64,000 nucleotides of DNA from an uncultured Actinomycetes bacterium (GCA_903920435.1 CAIXMB010000038.1:13563-77562), one strand, 5' to 3'. Counted from the first letter of the stretch, positions 51,453-61,361 are shown. A program made the numbers and translations. The notes: generated from the letters alone by a model not told the origin.

Positions 51453-53119
51453 CCGCCGACGACCTCCTGGCCGGCCTCGACGAGCAGCAGCGCGTGGCCG
51501 CCGAGGCACTGCTCGGGCCGGTGTGCCTGCTCGCGGGCGCCGGCACGGGCAAGACCCGCGCCATCACCCACCGCATCGCGTACGGGGTCGCCACCGGGGT
51601 GTACCCGCCCGGGCGGGTCATGGCCCTCACCTTCACCGCGCGCGCTGCGGGCGAGTTGCGCGGCAGGCTCCGTGCCCTGGGTGCCGGCGGCGTCGCCGCG
51701 CGCACGTTCCACGCCGCCGCGCTCTCACAGCTCAACTTCTTCTGGCCGCAGGTGATCGGCGGCACCATGCCGCGCCTGCTCGACGGCAAGGCCAAGGTCA
51801 TCGCGCACGCCGCGGACACCCTGCGGCTCAAGCTCGACACGGCGACCCTGCGCGACGTTGCCGCCGAGATCGAGTGGCGCAAGACCTCGCGGCTCTCGCT
51901 CGACGAGTACGCGGTCAAGGGCCGCCCGCTGCCGCCCGCGCTCACCGCCGAGAAGATGGTCGCGCTGCAGCGCGGGTACGAGGATCTCAAGGACGAGCGC
52001 CGGCAGATCGACTTCGAGGACGTGCTGCTCGCCGCTGCGGGGATGATCGAGGCCGAGCCGCGCGTCGCCCAGCAGGTGCGCGAGCAGTACCGCTTCTTCG
52101 TCGTCGACGAGTACCAGGACGTCTCGCCCCTGCAGCACGACCTGCTGCAGCTCTGGCTCGGCGACCGCAACGACCTCTGTGTCGTCGGCGACGTGAGCCA
52201 GACGATCTACTCGTTCGCGGGCGCCTCGCCCGACTACCTGCTCGGGTTCGGATCGGAGTTCGAGGATTCGGTCGTCGTGCGGCTCGAGCAGAACTACCGC
52301 TCGACTCCCGCGATCGTCGCCGCAGCGAACCGGCTCATGCGCGACCGCCCGGGCGCGCTCTCGCTGCACGCGGCGACGGGTCGTACCGGCCCGACCCCCG
52401 CGGTCACGCGCCACGAGACCGACAGCTCAGAGGCGCGCTTCGTCGCGGGCTCCATCGCCGACGAGATCGCGTCGGGGGTGCGCCCCGAGGACATCGCCGT
52501 GCTCTTCCGCATCAACGTGCAGTCCCAGGCGCTCGAGACCGCGCTCTCCGACGCCGGCGTGCCGTACGTCGTGCGCGGTGCCACTCGTTTCTTCGAGCAG
52601 CGAGAGATCAAGGAAGCGCTCATGCTGCTGCGCGGCGCGACCATCAACACCGCGATCGAGCCGCTGTTCAAGACGGTGAGCGACGTGCTGCGCTCCATCG
52701 GCTGGTCGCAGGAGCCCCCCGAGACCCGCGGGGCCGTGCGCGACCGGTGGGAGTCGCTCAACGCCCTCATGAACCTCGCCGAGCAGGCGCCGGAGGGCAC
52801 GAGCCTCAAGCAGTTCGTCGACGAGCTGTTCGAGCGCCAGGCCGGCCAGCACGAGCCCACAATGTCGGCGGTCACGCTCGCGACCCTGCACTCGGCGAAG
52901 GGCCTGGAGTGGGATTCGGTCTACCTCGTGGGCCTCGCCGAGGGGCTGGTGCCGATCAGCTACGCGAAAGACGCCGCGGCCGTCGACGAGGAACGCCGGC
53001 TGCTCTACGTCGGCATCACGCGCGCTCGCCGCCTGCTCTCGCTCAGCTGGTCAGCTGCGCCGCAGCAGGGCCGCTCCGGGCAGCGCTCGCCCAGCCGGTT
53101 CCTGGCCGAGCTGGGCTAG
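51449..53119 (+). CDS. uvrD2: ATP-dependent DNA helicase UvrD2-like
   Basis: AGAGTGKTRAITHR, VDEYQD, LEQNYRST, LHSAKGLEW, YVGITRA; GTGA overlap with nudC. Confidence 0.92.
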   Translation: MTADDLLAGLDEQQRVAAEALLGPVCLLAGAGTGKTRAITHRIAYGVATGVYPPGRVMALTFTARAAGELRGRLRALGAGGVAARTFHAAALSQLNFFWPQVIGGTMPRLLDGKAKVIAHAADTLRLKLDTATLRDVAAEIEWRKTSRLSLDEYAVKGRPLPPALTAEKMVALQRGYEDLKDERRQIDFEDVLLAAAGMIEAEPRVAQQVREQYRFFVVDEYQDVSPLQHDLLQLWLGDRNDLCVVGDVSQTIYSFAGASPDYLLGFGSEFEDSVVVRLEQNYRSTPAIVAAANRLMRDRPGALSLHAATGRTGPTPAVTRHETDSSEARFVAGSIADEIASGVRPEDIAVLFRINVQSQALETALSDAGVPYVVRGATRFFEQREIKEALMLLRGATINTAIEPLFKTVSDVLRSIGWSQEPPETRGAVRDRWESLNALMNLAEQAPEGTSLKQFVDELFERQAGQHEPTMSAVTLATLHSAKGLEWDSVYLVGLAEGLVPISYAKDAAAVDEERRLLYVGITRARRLLSLSWSAAPQQGRSGQRSPSRFLAELG

Positions 53120-53933
53120 TCGCCTCCGACCCGTCGCGGCCGAGCAGGTGGGCGATCCCGCGGCAGCCGCAGTCGGGGTGGCGCTGCCACGCGCGCACCT
53201 CACGAGCGCCGGTGGCCGCATCGATGCGCACGGATGCCGCGACCGCAGCCCCGCCCGCAGCACCGAGCCGCTCGAGCACGAGCCGACTCGCCGCCGCCGC
53301 TGCCTCCATCACGAGCACGGGCGACTCGCCCCGGGAGCGCCGCCCGAGCAGCTGCGTCGCGATCGCGGGCCACGCGGGGTCGCGGTCGCGGTGGTGCAGC
53401 TCGAGGCACAGCAGGCACGGGCCGGCCCCGGGCTCGACGACCGGGCCCACGAGCACCCCCGAGTCGCCGACGACGACCGGCAGGTGCGGCACGTCGCGGC
53501 GCAACCAGAGCGCGTGCAGCTCGGGCGCGAGCACGAAGTGCCCGGCGACTACGGCGAGGTCGGGCCGCTGCTCGGCGAGGGATGCGGCATCCGGCCCGGT
53601 GACCACGTCGATGCCGCTGCGGGCGAGGGTCGAGGCGATGGCGGTGACGAGCGACTCGCTGCCGTGCACGGCGACCGTGCCGGCGACCGGACTCGTCGGC
53701 GCGGCACCGAGGGCCGGGCCCAGGGCGGCGAGGAGCGCGTCGCGCTCGTCGGTGCGGGCGCCCGCGATCATGGCGAGGCCGGAGTCGCTCACTCCCACGA
53801 CGAGGGCGGCGAGCATCCGTTCGTCGGTCTCGGTCACCTCGTCGAGCACGACGACGACGGGATCGATGCCGAGCTGCACGCTCGTGGGGCTGCGCCAGAC
53901 CAGGGGGAGGCGGGGATCGAGCCGGAGGATCAT
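53043..53933 (-). CDS. ThiF/E1-like (TOMM C-protein-like) protein
   Basis: DPRLPLVWRSP N-terminus; LRRDVPHLPV, VGPVVEPGAGPCLLC, HPDCGC; 77-nt convergent overlap with uvrD2. Confidence 0.82.
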   Translation of the reverse strand: MILRLDPRLPLVWRSPTSVQLGIDPVVVVLDEVTETDERMLAALVVGVSDSGLAMIAGARTDERDALLAALGPALGAAPTSPVAGTVAVHGSESLVTAIASTLARSGIDVVTGPDAASLAEQRPDLAVVAGHFVLAPELHALWLRRDVPHLPVVVGDSGVLVGPVVEPGAGPCLLCLELHHRDRDPAWPAIATQLLGRRSRGESPVLVMEAAAAASRLVLERLGAAGGAAVAASVRIDAATGAREVRAWQRHPDCGCRGIAHLLGRDGSEATSPARPGTGWASAARSGPAAAQLTS

Positions 53934-53996
53934 CGGGTCATGGTGCACCCGGTGCGCGCCAGCCCGGGCGCGCGTTCCACAGCGGGAGCCGGGGGA

Positions 53997-55367
53997 CTAC
54001 TCCTCGCGCGGGCGCTCGCTCGTGTCGTCGTTGAGCAGATCCTCGATCGCCTGGTCGATGTCGTCGGGCTCGGGCGCACCGGCGGTGATCCGCGCGATCA
54101 GGGCGCTCGGGTCGTCGATGTCGTCGCCCGTCGGCACCAGGTCGGGGTGCGACCAGAGGGCGTCGCGCTTCTCGGCGCCCACGGCGTCGGTGAGCTGCTG
54201 CCACATCGCGGCGGCCTCGCGCAGACGGCGCGGGCGCAGTTCGAGGCCGACGAGGGTCGAGAACGCCGACTCGGCCGGCCCGCCGGATGCCCGCCTGCGG
54301 CGCACGGTCTCGGCGATCGCGCTGCTCGAGGGCAGGCGCTTGGTGGCCTCCGCCGTCACGACATCTACCCAGCCCTCGACGAGCGCGAGGGTCGTCTCGA
54401 GGCGCCCGAGCGCGGCGAGCTGCTCGGGGGTGCGCGGGGCGATGAGCGCGCCGCTCTTCATCGCCGACTGCAGTTCCTCGGGGTTGTTCGGGTCGAAGTC
54501 GGCGGCCAGCGACTCCAGCCGCGTGGTGTCGATGTGGATGTCGCGCGCGTACTCCGTGATCGAGGTGAGCAGCTGCAGGCGCAGCCACTTCGCGTGCCGA
54601 AAGAGTCGCGCGTGCGCGAGCTCGCGCACCGCGAGGTAGAGCTGCACCTGATCGACGGGGATGTCGAGCCCCGCGCCGAAGCCCAGCACGTTCTGCGGCA
54701 GGATCGCCGCGCCGCCCTCGGCCGAGTCGAGCAGCGGGATGCCGATGTCGCCGCCCGAGACGACCTCGCTCGAGAGCTGGCCGACCACCTGGCCGAGCTG
54801 CATCGCGAAGAGCGTGCCGCCCACGTTGCGCATCACCTGGCTCGCGGAGGCGATCATGTCGTCGAGCTCCCCGGCGCCGTCGAGGGAGTCGGCGCTCTGC
54901 GTGAGCACGTCGGTGAGGGAGGTGGCGATGGAGGTGGCGACGGGCTCGGCGAGCTGCGTCCAGACGTCCATGGTCGCGGTCACCCACTCCTGGCGGCTCA
55001 TGAGCCGCGGGGCGGCGACGAGGTCGGAGATCGAGGTGGCCTCGTCGAGCCACAGGGATGCCACGTGCAGGGCCTGCTCGAGCTGCGAGCGCTCGGCGGG
55101 CAGTGAGACGACCGTGCCGCGCGCGGCGAGGCCCTTGGCCTGCTCGAGCGCGAGGCCCCAGTTGATGCCGTCGCCGCTCGACTGCAGCGCGCTCTGCAGC
55201 TGCGCCATGAGCTGCGCGACCATCGCCGGATCGTTCGGAAGCCCGGCGGCGCCCGCGAGCTTCGCGGGGTCGAAGTCGGTGTTCCCCTCGAGGAACGCGC
55301 GCAGCATCTCCCGGAACTCGTCTGCTGCGTCGCCGCTCTCAGCGGGCTCCCGTGAATCCTCAGCCAT
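53997..55367 (-). CDS. Zinc-dependent metalloprotease (zincin, DUF2342 type)
   Basis: RELAHARLF (ExxH), LALVEGWVD, LELRPRRLR, WSHPDLVP. Confidence 0.9.
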   Translation of the reverse strand: MAEDSREPAESGDAADEFREMLRAFLEGNTDFDPAKLAGAAGLPNDPAMVAQLMAQLQSALQSSGDGINWGLALEQAKGLAARGTVVSLPAERSQLEQALHVASLWLDEATSISDLVAAPRLMSRQEWVTATMDVWTQLAEPVATSIATSLTDVLTQSADSLDGAGELDDMIASASQVMRNVGGTLFAMQLGQVVGQLSSEVVSGGDIGIPLLDSAEGGAAILPQNVLGFGAGLDIPVDQVQLYLAVRELAHARLFRHAKWLRLQLLTSITEYARDIHIDTTRLESLAADFDPNNPEELQSAMKSGALIAPRTPEQLAALGRLETTLALVEGWVDVVTAEATKRLPSSSAIAETVRRRRASGGPAESAFSTLVGLELRPRRLREAAAMWQQLTDAVGAEKRDALWSHPDLVPTGDDIDDPSALIARITAGAPEPDDIDQAIEDLLNDDTSERPREE

Positions 55368-55455
55368 ACGAACTACGCTAGCCGCTGCATAGTCGGAGGC
55401 GGCTGGATTTCGCCTACGCTGGAACCTCTCGCCGTGCGCCCGTGGCGAACAGACA

Positions 55456-56577
55456 GTGAGGGAAACGGTGCCGCTCTTCACCGATATCGAACCCGACGCA
55501 GCCCCGCGCCGCCGTCGCCTGCGTCTCGGCTGGGGCTTCCTCGGCCTCGGTCTCGTCGGGCTCGTGGTCGTCGCGCTCCTGCCCGCCCCGTACGTCATCG
55601 AGCAGCCCGGCCCCGTCTACAACACGCTCGGCAAGGTCACCGTGGGCGACGACACCGTGTCGCTCATCGACATCCCGAGCGAGAAGACCTACCCGACCGA
55701 CGGTGCGCTCGACATGCTCACGGTGACGATCCGCGGCAACCGCGAGAACCTGCCGAACTGGCTGGAGGTCGCCGCGGCCTACTTCGACTCGAGCCGTGCC
55801 GTCGTGCCCGTCGACCTCGTCTACCCGGCGGGCGAGACGGTCGAGCAGTCGAACCAGCAGGGCGCCACCGATATGGCGAACTCGCAGAAGGCCGCCATCG
55901 CCGCAGCCCTCACCGAGCTCGGCTACGACCTGCCCACGACGCTCTCGGTCGTCGAGACCTCGCCTGGCTCGCCCGCGGAGAACGTGCTGAAGACGGGCGA
56001 CGTCATCTCCTCGGTGAACGGCAAGACGTTCAAGGACGTCACCGAGCTGCGTGCCGAGATCGCCGCGAACGGCACGGATGCCCCGGCCGCCGTCGACATC
56101 CTGCGTGACGGCACCCCCATGGCCCTCGAGCTCACGCCCGTGCTCAGCGACGGCGAGAACCCCGCGCCCATCCTCGGCATCATCGTGGGCAGCGAGTTCG
56201 ACTTCCCGTTCGAGGTCAAGATCCAGCTCGACAACGTCGGCGGCCCGAGCGCCGGCATGATGTTCGCGCTCGGCATCATCGACAAGCTCACGCCCGGCGA
56301 GCTCAACGGGGGGCAGAACATCGCGGGCACCGGCACCATCGACGCGACCGGTGCGGTGGGGCCGATCGGGGGCATCCGGCAGAAGATGTACGGCGCCGTG
56401 GGCGCCGGAGCCACGTACTTCCTCGCGCCGGCCGACAACTGCAACGAGGTCACCGGGCACATCCCCGCGGGCCTCGAGGTGTTCTCGGTGAAGACCCTCG
56501 ACGACTCGCTCGCCGTGCTCGATGCCATCGAGTCGGGCTCGGACACCAGCTCGCTGCCCACCTGCCCAGCAGGTTAG
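55456..56577 (+). CDS. PDZ + Lon-like protease (YlbL type)
   Basis: PYVIEQPGP, PDZ, GGPSAGMMFALG (Ser), GTGTI, GGIRQK (Lys); start may be 55468. Confidence 0.92.
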   Translation: MRETVPLFTDIEPDAAPRRRRLRLGWGFLGLGLVGLVVVALLPAPYVIEQPGPVYNTLGKVTVGDDTVSLIDIPSEKTYPTDGALDMLTVTIRGNRENLPNWLEVAAAYFDSSRAVVPVDLVYPAGETVEQSNQQGATDMANSQKAAIAAALTELGYDLPTTLSVVETSPGSPAENVLKTGDVISSVNGKTFKDVTELRAEIAANGTDAPAAVDILRDGTPMALELTPVLSDGENPAPILGIIVGSEFDFPFEVKIQLDNVGGPSAGMMFALGIIDKLTPGELNGGQNIAGTGTIDATGAVGPIGGIRQKMYGAVGAGATYFLAPADNCNEVTGHIPAGLEVFSVKTLDDSLAVLDAIESGSDTSSLPTCPAG

Positions 56578-56662
56578 AAAGCGATCGCTCAGCTTCGTCC
56601 CTTTAAGATGGGCATAGCCCTTATTGCAAGGACTGTGCCCCCAACAGCAGGAGCGAATCCCA

Positions 56663-59548
56663 GTGTCGAATTCAGCAGCCCCGTCCGCGGCAAATAGAAC
56701 GAGGGTGACGCTCACCATCACGGCGGTCATCATCGCCGTGATCGTCATCGTCTTCTTCGTGGCCTCGAACCTCTACACCGATGTGCTGTGGTTCGACCAG
56801 CTCGGCTACCTCAACGTGCTCACCACCCAGTGGTTCGCCGGGGCCATCATGTTCGTCATCGGGTTCTTCGGCATGGCGCTGCCGGTGTTCCTGAGCATCG
56901 AGATCGCGTTCCGCGCGCGACCGGTGTACGCCAAGCTCAACTCGCAGCTCGACCGCTACCAGCAGGTCATCGAGCCGCTGCGCAGGGTCGCGATGTTCGG
57001 CATCCCCGGCGTGCTCGGCATCTTCGGCGGTGTCTCGACTGCCACGCACTGGCAGCTCGTGCTGCAGTGGCTCAACAAGACCTCGTTCGGCCAGACCGAC
57101 CCGCAGTTCGGGCTCGACATCTCCTTCTACTTCTACGACCTGCCGATGTACCACGGCGCGCTCGGCTTCGCGTCGGCCACCGTGCTCATCGCCGGTATCG
57201 CCGCGCTCGCGACGAGCTACCTGTACGGCTCCATCCGCTTCAGCGGCCGCGAGGTGCGCATCCAGCGCGCGGCGCGCATCCAGCTCGCGATCACCGCGGC
57301 GATCTACCTCGCCCTGCAGGCCGCGAGCATCTGGTTCGACCAGTACTCCACGCTGTTCTCGACGAGCCAGGGCTTCCTCGCGACCGGCGCCGGTTACACC
57401 GAGGCCAACGCCACCATCCCGGGCCGCGCCATCCTCGCCGGCATCGCGGCGCTCGTCGCCGTGCTGTTCATCGTCACGGCCATCATCGGCCGCTGGCGCC
57501 TGCCGGTCATCGGCACCGCCCTGCTGCTCGTGAGCGGGCTCGTTGTCGGCAGCATCTACCCGTGGGTGGTGCAGCGCTTCCAGGTCGAGCCGAACGCGAA
57601 GGTGCTCGAGGCCGACTACATCCAGCGCAGCATCGACGCGACGCGCGACGCGTACGGCGTCGCCGACGTGCAGGAGAAGGCGTACAGCGCCATCACCGAC
57701 GCCGAGGCTGGCGCACTGCGCGCCGACGCCGAGACGACGGCGAACATCCGCATCCTCGACCCGTCGATCGTGCCCAAGGCGTTCGCGCAGCTGCAGCAGT
57801 TCAAGCAGTACTACAGCTTCGCGCCGCACCTCGATGTCGACCGCTACGTGATCGACGGCAAGACCCAGGACACCGTTCTCGCCGTGCGCGAGCTCAACCA
57901 GGCCGGCCTCGGTGAGTCCCAGACGCCGTACAACAACACGTTCGTCTACACCCACGGCTACGGAGTGGTTGCCGCCTTCGGCAACCAGCGCGCGACCGAC
58001 GGCAACCCGGTGTTCCTCGAGTCGGGCATCCCCTCGGTCGGCGACCTCGGTGACTTCGAACCGCGCGTGTACTTCGGCGAGGACTCGCCCGAGTACTCCA
58101 TCGTCGGTGCGCCCGAGGGCGCCAAGGACGTCGAGCTCGACTACCCGTCCGGCGGCGAGGAGAGCGACGCGAACGCGACGACGACCTTCACCGGCAACGG
58201 CGGGCCCCTGCTCGACAACCTGTTCAAGAAGATCATCTACGCCATCAAGTTCCAGAGCGAGCAGATCTTCCTCTCCGACGCCGTGAACGACAAGTCGCAG
58301 ATCCTCTACGACCGCAACCCCAAGGACCGCGTTCAGCAGGTCGCGCCGTACCTCACGCTCGACAGCGACGCCTACCCGGCGATCGTCGACGGCAAGATCG
58401 TGTGGATCGTCGACGCGTACACGACCGGGACCAACTACCCGTACTCGCAGACGCAGCAGCTCTCGAAGTCGATTGCCGACACCTACACGCCGACCCCGGC
58501 GTTCGCGATCGACGACATCAACTACATCCGCAACTCGGTGAAGGCGACCGTCGACGCCTACGACGGCAGCGTCAAGCTGTACGCGTGGGACGACAAGGAT
58601 CCGGTGCTGAAGACCTGGCAGAAGATCTACCCCGGCACGGTGCTGCCCATGAGCGACATGAGCGCTGAGCTGATGTCGCACGTGCGCTACCCGTCCGACC
58701 TCTTCAAGGTGCAGCGCGCCATCCTCGGCTCGTACCACGTCACCGACGCGGGCTCGTTCTACTCGAGCGACGACCAGTGGGTCACCCCTAACGACCCCGT
58801 GCTCACCACCGAGACGCCGCAGGCGCCGTACTACCTCACCATGCAGGTGCCCGGTACCGATGCCCCGGCCTTCACCCTGTACTCGACGTACATCCCGAAG
58901 GGCAACGCCGACTCCACCCGCAACGTGCTGACCGGATATCTCGCCGTCAACTCCGACGCGGGCCCGGACTACGGCAAGCTCACGCTGCTCACGCTCCCTA
59001 AGCAGACCACGGTGCCCGGGCCCGGGCAGGTGGAGACCAACTTCAAGACCGACACGGCGGTGGCGAGCCAGCTCGCCCTGCTGCAGAAGACGGACACCGA
59101 GGTCAAGCTCGGTAACCTCCTGACCCTGCCCGTCGGTGGCGGCCTCCTCTACGTGCAGCCCGTGTACGTGCAGGCGACGAGCGGAACCATCTACCCGCTG
59201 CTGCGCAAGGTGCTGGTGTCGTTCGGCGACCAGATCGCGTTCGAGGACACGCTCGACCTCGCCCTCGACAAGCTGTTCGGCGGTGACTCGGGCGCCCAGG
59301 CGGGCGACGGCGACGTGCCCACGTCGCCCACGGATCCGACCACCCCCTCGGACCCGACGACGCCCACGGACCCGACGACACCGACCACGCCGACGGACAA
59401 CGCCGCGCTCAGCCAGGCGCTCGCCGACTACCAGGCGGCGTTCAAGGATCGTCAGGCGGCGTACGCTGCCAACGACCTCGTGGCGGCCGCCGAGGCCGAC
59501 AAGCGCATGGTCGCCGCCGTCGAGGCAGCGATCGCCGCTACCCAGTAG
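56663..59548 (+). CDS. UPF0182 family membrane protein
   Basis: YTDVLWF, FGQTDPQFGLDISFY, YTHGYG, INYIRNSVKATVDAYDG, GNLLTLPVGGGLLYVQPVY. Confidence 0.95.
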   Translation: MSNSAAPSAANRTRVTLTITAVIIAVIVIVFFVASNLYTDVLWFDQLGYLNVLTTQWFAGAIMFVIGFFGMALPVFLSIEIAFRARPVYAKLNSQLDRYQQVIEPLRRVAMFGIPGVLGIFGGVSTATHWQLVLQWLNKTSFGQTDPQFGLDISFYFYDLPMYHGALGFASATVLIAGIAALATSYLYGSIRFSGREVRIQRAARIQLAITAAIYLALQAASIWFDQYSTLFSTSQGFLATGAGYTEANATIPGRAILAGIAALVAVLFIVTAIIGRWRLPVIGTALLLVSGLVVGSIYPWVVQRFQVEPNAKVLEADYIQRSIDATRDAYGVADVQEKAYSAITDAEAGALRADAETTANIRILDPSIVPKAFAQLQQFKQYYSFAPHLDVDRYVIDGKTQDTVLAVRELNQAGLGESQTPYNNTFVYTHGYGVVAAFGNQRATDGNPVFLESGIPSVGDLGDFEPRVYFGEDSPEYSIVGAPEGAKDVELDYPSGGEESDANATTTFTGNGGPLLDNLFKKIIYAIKFQSEQIFLSDAVNDKSQILYDRNPKDRVQQVAPYLTLDSDAYPAIVDGKIVWIVDAYTTGTNYPYSQTQQLSKSIADTYTPTPAFAIDDINYIRNSVKATVDAYDGSVKLYAWDDKDPVLKTWQKIYPGTVLPMSDMSAELMSHVRYPSDLFKVQRAILGSYHVTDAGSFYSSDDQWVTPNDPVLTTETPQAPYYLTMQVPGTDAPAFTLYSTYIPKGNADSTRNVLTGYLAVNSDAGPDYGKLTLLTLPKQTTVPGPGQVETNFKTDTAVASQLALLQKTDTEVKLGNLLTLPVGGGLLYVQPVYVQATSGTIYPLLRKVLVSFGDQIAFEDTLDLALDKLFGGDSGAQAGDGDVPTSPTDPTTPSDPTTPTDPTTPTTPTDNAALSQALADYQAAFKDRQAAYAANDLVAAAEADKRMVAAVEAAIAATQ
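59333..59386 (+). repeat. Degenerate 18-bp repeat x3 encoding DPTTP(S/T) linker
   Basis: GATCCGACCACCCCCTCG / GACCCGACGACGCCCACG / GACCCGACGACACCGACC. Confidence 0.85.
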
Positions 59549-59972
59549 GGTTCACGCCCGCGCCGATCCGGATGAGGTTGTTGTCCGGATCGGCGAGGGC
59601 GAACTCGCGCATGCCCCAGGGCTTGTCCTCGACCGGCGTGATCCGCGCCAGCGATGTGCCGGCGGCCCACAGTGCGCGCAGCCCGGCCTCGTCGAGCTCG
59701 TGGTAGCCCGGCAGCGGCGACGCTGCGCTGATCGCGGCGTGCGCGGCATCCACGTCGTTAACGGTCACGTAGACCATGCCCGCCGCGACGAAGGGGTCGA
59801 AACCCGCCGAGAGCGAGATGTCCAGAGACACTCCGTCAGCACGGATGAACGCGTACGTGCTGTCGTAGGCCTCGACCGTGAAACCGATCGCGCGGTAGAA
59901 CCCGGCCGATCTGTCGATGCTCGCCACGGGGAGGATCGGCCTCGCCGTGCCCCCGCTCCAGACGTTGTCCAT
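59538..59972 (-). CDS. VOC/glyoxalase/bleomycin-resistance family protein
   Basis: PILPVASIDRSAGFY, KPWGMREFALADPDNNLIRIG; TACCAT 6 nt upstream. Confidence 0.9.
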   Translation of the reverse strand: MDNVWSGGTARPILPVASIDRSAGFYRAIGFTVEAYDSTYAFIRADGVSLDISLSAGFDPFVAAGMVYVTVNDVDAAHAAISAASPLPGYHELDEAGLRALWAAGTSLARITPVEDKPWGMREFALADPDNNLIRIGAGVNPTG

Positions 59973-60031
59973 GCGGCGATGGTAGCCCCGGGCGAGGTGC
60001 GCCGGGCCACTGTGTTAGAGTGGAGGTACGC

Positions 60032-60108
60032 CGCGGGGTGGAGCAGTTCGGTAGCTCGCTGGGCTCATAACCCAGAGGTCGCAGGTTCAAATCCTGTCCC
60101 CGCAACCA
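60032..60108 (+). tRNA. Initiator tRNA-Met (CAT)
   Basis: CGCGGGGTGGAGCAG...GGGCTCATAACCC...GGTTCAAATCC...CCCCGCAACCA; C1:A72 mismatch and three G-C pairs in anticodon stem. Confidence 0.98.
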
Positions 60109-60116
60109 CGTGAACG

Positions 60117-60147
60117 AAAAGGCCCAGTCTTCGGACTGGGCCTTTTT
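60117..60147 (+). terminator. Intrinsic terminator (bidirectional shape)
   Basis: AAAA-GGCCCAGTC-TTCG-GACTGGGCC-TTTTT. Confidence 0.93.
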
Positions 60148-60157
60148 GTTGGTCTGC

Positions 60158-60191
60158 GCTGTCGTTGTGGCCGGGCTGTCGTTGTGGCCGG
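60158..60191. repeat. 17-bp perfect tandem duplication
   Basis: GCTGTCGTTGTGGCCGG x2 between the tRNA terminator and the stop of 60192..60470. Confidence 0.9.
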
Positions 60192-60470
60192 CTACTCCCG
60201 ACCGGGCTCCGCCGGTGCAATGTCAGCTAGCCAGTCGTGCAGCACGCGCACGAGTTCGGCAGTGATGGCCGCCTCGCTCGCGGTGATCGGCGACTGCGGC
60301 GCAGAGGAGGCTGACCCGGTCGTCGGCTCGAAGCCGCGCAAGACGCGGTGCACGGGTGTGAAACCGGCCCGGGCCACGAGCGGGAACCGGCCGGGGGCGG
60401 GTTCGTCCAACGGTGAGCGGCGAGGCTCGGGTTCGGGCCAGGGTTGCTGGAGCACGAGAGTTGTCGACAC
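60192..60470 (-). CDS. Hypothetical 92-aa protein
   Basis: GTG with SD-like AAGGGG 5 nt upstream; same strand as the ANTAR pair; no family recognised. Confidence 0.5.
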   Translation of the reverse strand: MSTTLVLQQPWPEPEPRRSPLDEPAPGRFPLVARAGFTPVHRVLRGFEPTTGSASSAPQSPITASEAAITAELVRVLHDWLADIAPAEPGRE

Positions 60471-60555
60471 GGTGACCCCTTGGCTTGATCGCGGATAGCT
60501 CCGCGGCCGGGGGTAGGGGCAACAGGGCTGACGCTACGTCACCATCGGTGATCCG

Positions 60556-61338
60556 TCAACCTTCGGGCGCAGTGGCATCCGTGCCGGTTGCGCGTCGGCC
60601 CCGCGCCAACTCCGACACGGCGAGCGCATCCGGCGAGATTGCGCGGTTGCTGATGCCTTCCGCGACCGCGCGGATGGTGAGGTTGTTCGAGCGCGCGTAC
60701 AACCGGATCAGGTGGAACGCGTCGTCGATCGGCACCGTCAGGGTGTGCGCGATCATGCCCTTCGCCTGCTCGACGAGAATCCGCGAGTCGAGGGCGCGGT
60801 GCAGCTGGTCGGCGAGGATCGTGCTCTCGCGTGAGATGCGCTCCTGCAGGATTCCGATGGTGGCGACGTCGGCCAGGGCCTGCGCGACGGCGGCGTCGCG
60901 GCGCGTGAGCGCCCCGGCCCGCGCGGCGAAGAGGTTCATCGTGCCGATGACCTGCCCGCGGAGCTTCAGCGGAACCGCGTGGGCCGACCGGAACCCGCTG
61001 TCGAGCGCCGCTTTTCGAAAGGCTGGCCAGCGGTCCGAATCCGCGATGTCTGCGACCGACACGACGTGGCCCGTGGTGAAGCACTCGATGCACGGCCCGC
61101 TGTCGGCCGTCAGCTGCATGACCTCGACGAAGTCGGCGGCCTCGCTCGTGGAGGTCATGAGCTGCAACTGCCCGCCCTCGTCGACGAGCATCAGCCCTCC
61201 GGCGTCCGTCTCCAAGATCTCGGTGCACTGCTCGACGAGGTTGTGGAGCAGGTCGACGACGTCGAAGTCGGTGGTGAGCGTGTCAGCCACGGATACGAAC
61301 GCTCTCGTGATGAGCGTTTCGCGAGATGTGTTCTTCAC
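60556..61338 (-). CDS. GAF-ANTAR RNA-binding regulator
   Basis: AFVSVADTL..DFDVVDLL, GPCIECF, QLHRALDSRILVEQAKG..AFHLIRLYAR. Confidence 0.93.
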   Translation of the reverse strand: MKNTSRETLITRAFVSVADTLTTDFDVVDLLHNLVEQCTEILETDAGGLMLVDEGGQLQLMTSTSEAADFVEVMQLTADSGPCIECFTTGHVVSVADIADSDRWPAFRKAALDSGFRSAHAVPLKLRGQVIGTMNLFAARAGALTRRDAAVAQALADVATIGILQERISRESTILADQLHRALDSRILVEQAKGMIAHTLTVPIDDAFHLIRLYARSNNLTIRAVAEGISNRAISPDALAVSELARGRRATGTDATAPEG

Positions 61339-61361
61339 TGGTCATCGTCTCCTAGGTTCTG

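Noticed and set aside
53043-53933. Thiazole/oxazole RiPP biosynthetic cluster
   Set aside because: No YcaO, dehydrogenase, precursor or exporter nearby
60158-60191. Direct repeat as possible CRISPR or att site
   Set aside because: Only two adjacent 17-bp copies, no spacer, no cas or integrase genes, no similarity to the tRNA 3' end
60490-60505. Canonical ANTAR site (A1/G4 hexaloop ATAGCT)
   Set aside because: Fits only on the strand opposite the genes and lacks a second hairpin; kept only as an RBS-occluding stem hypothesis
61282-61347. ATG-started 20-aa ORF overlapping the ANTAR start
   Set aside because: SD spacing (2 nt) suits the GTG at 61338 better; no evidence of function
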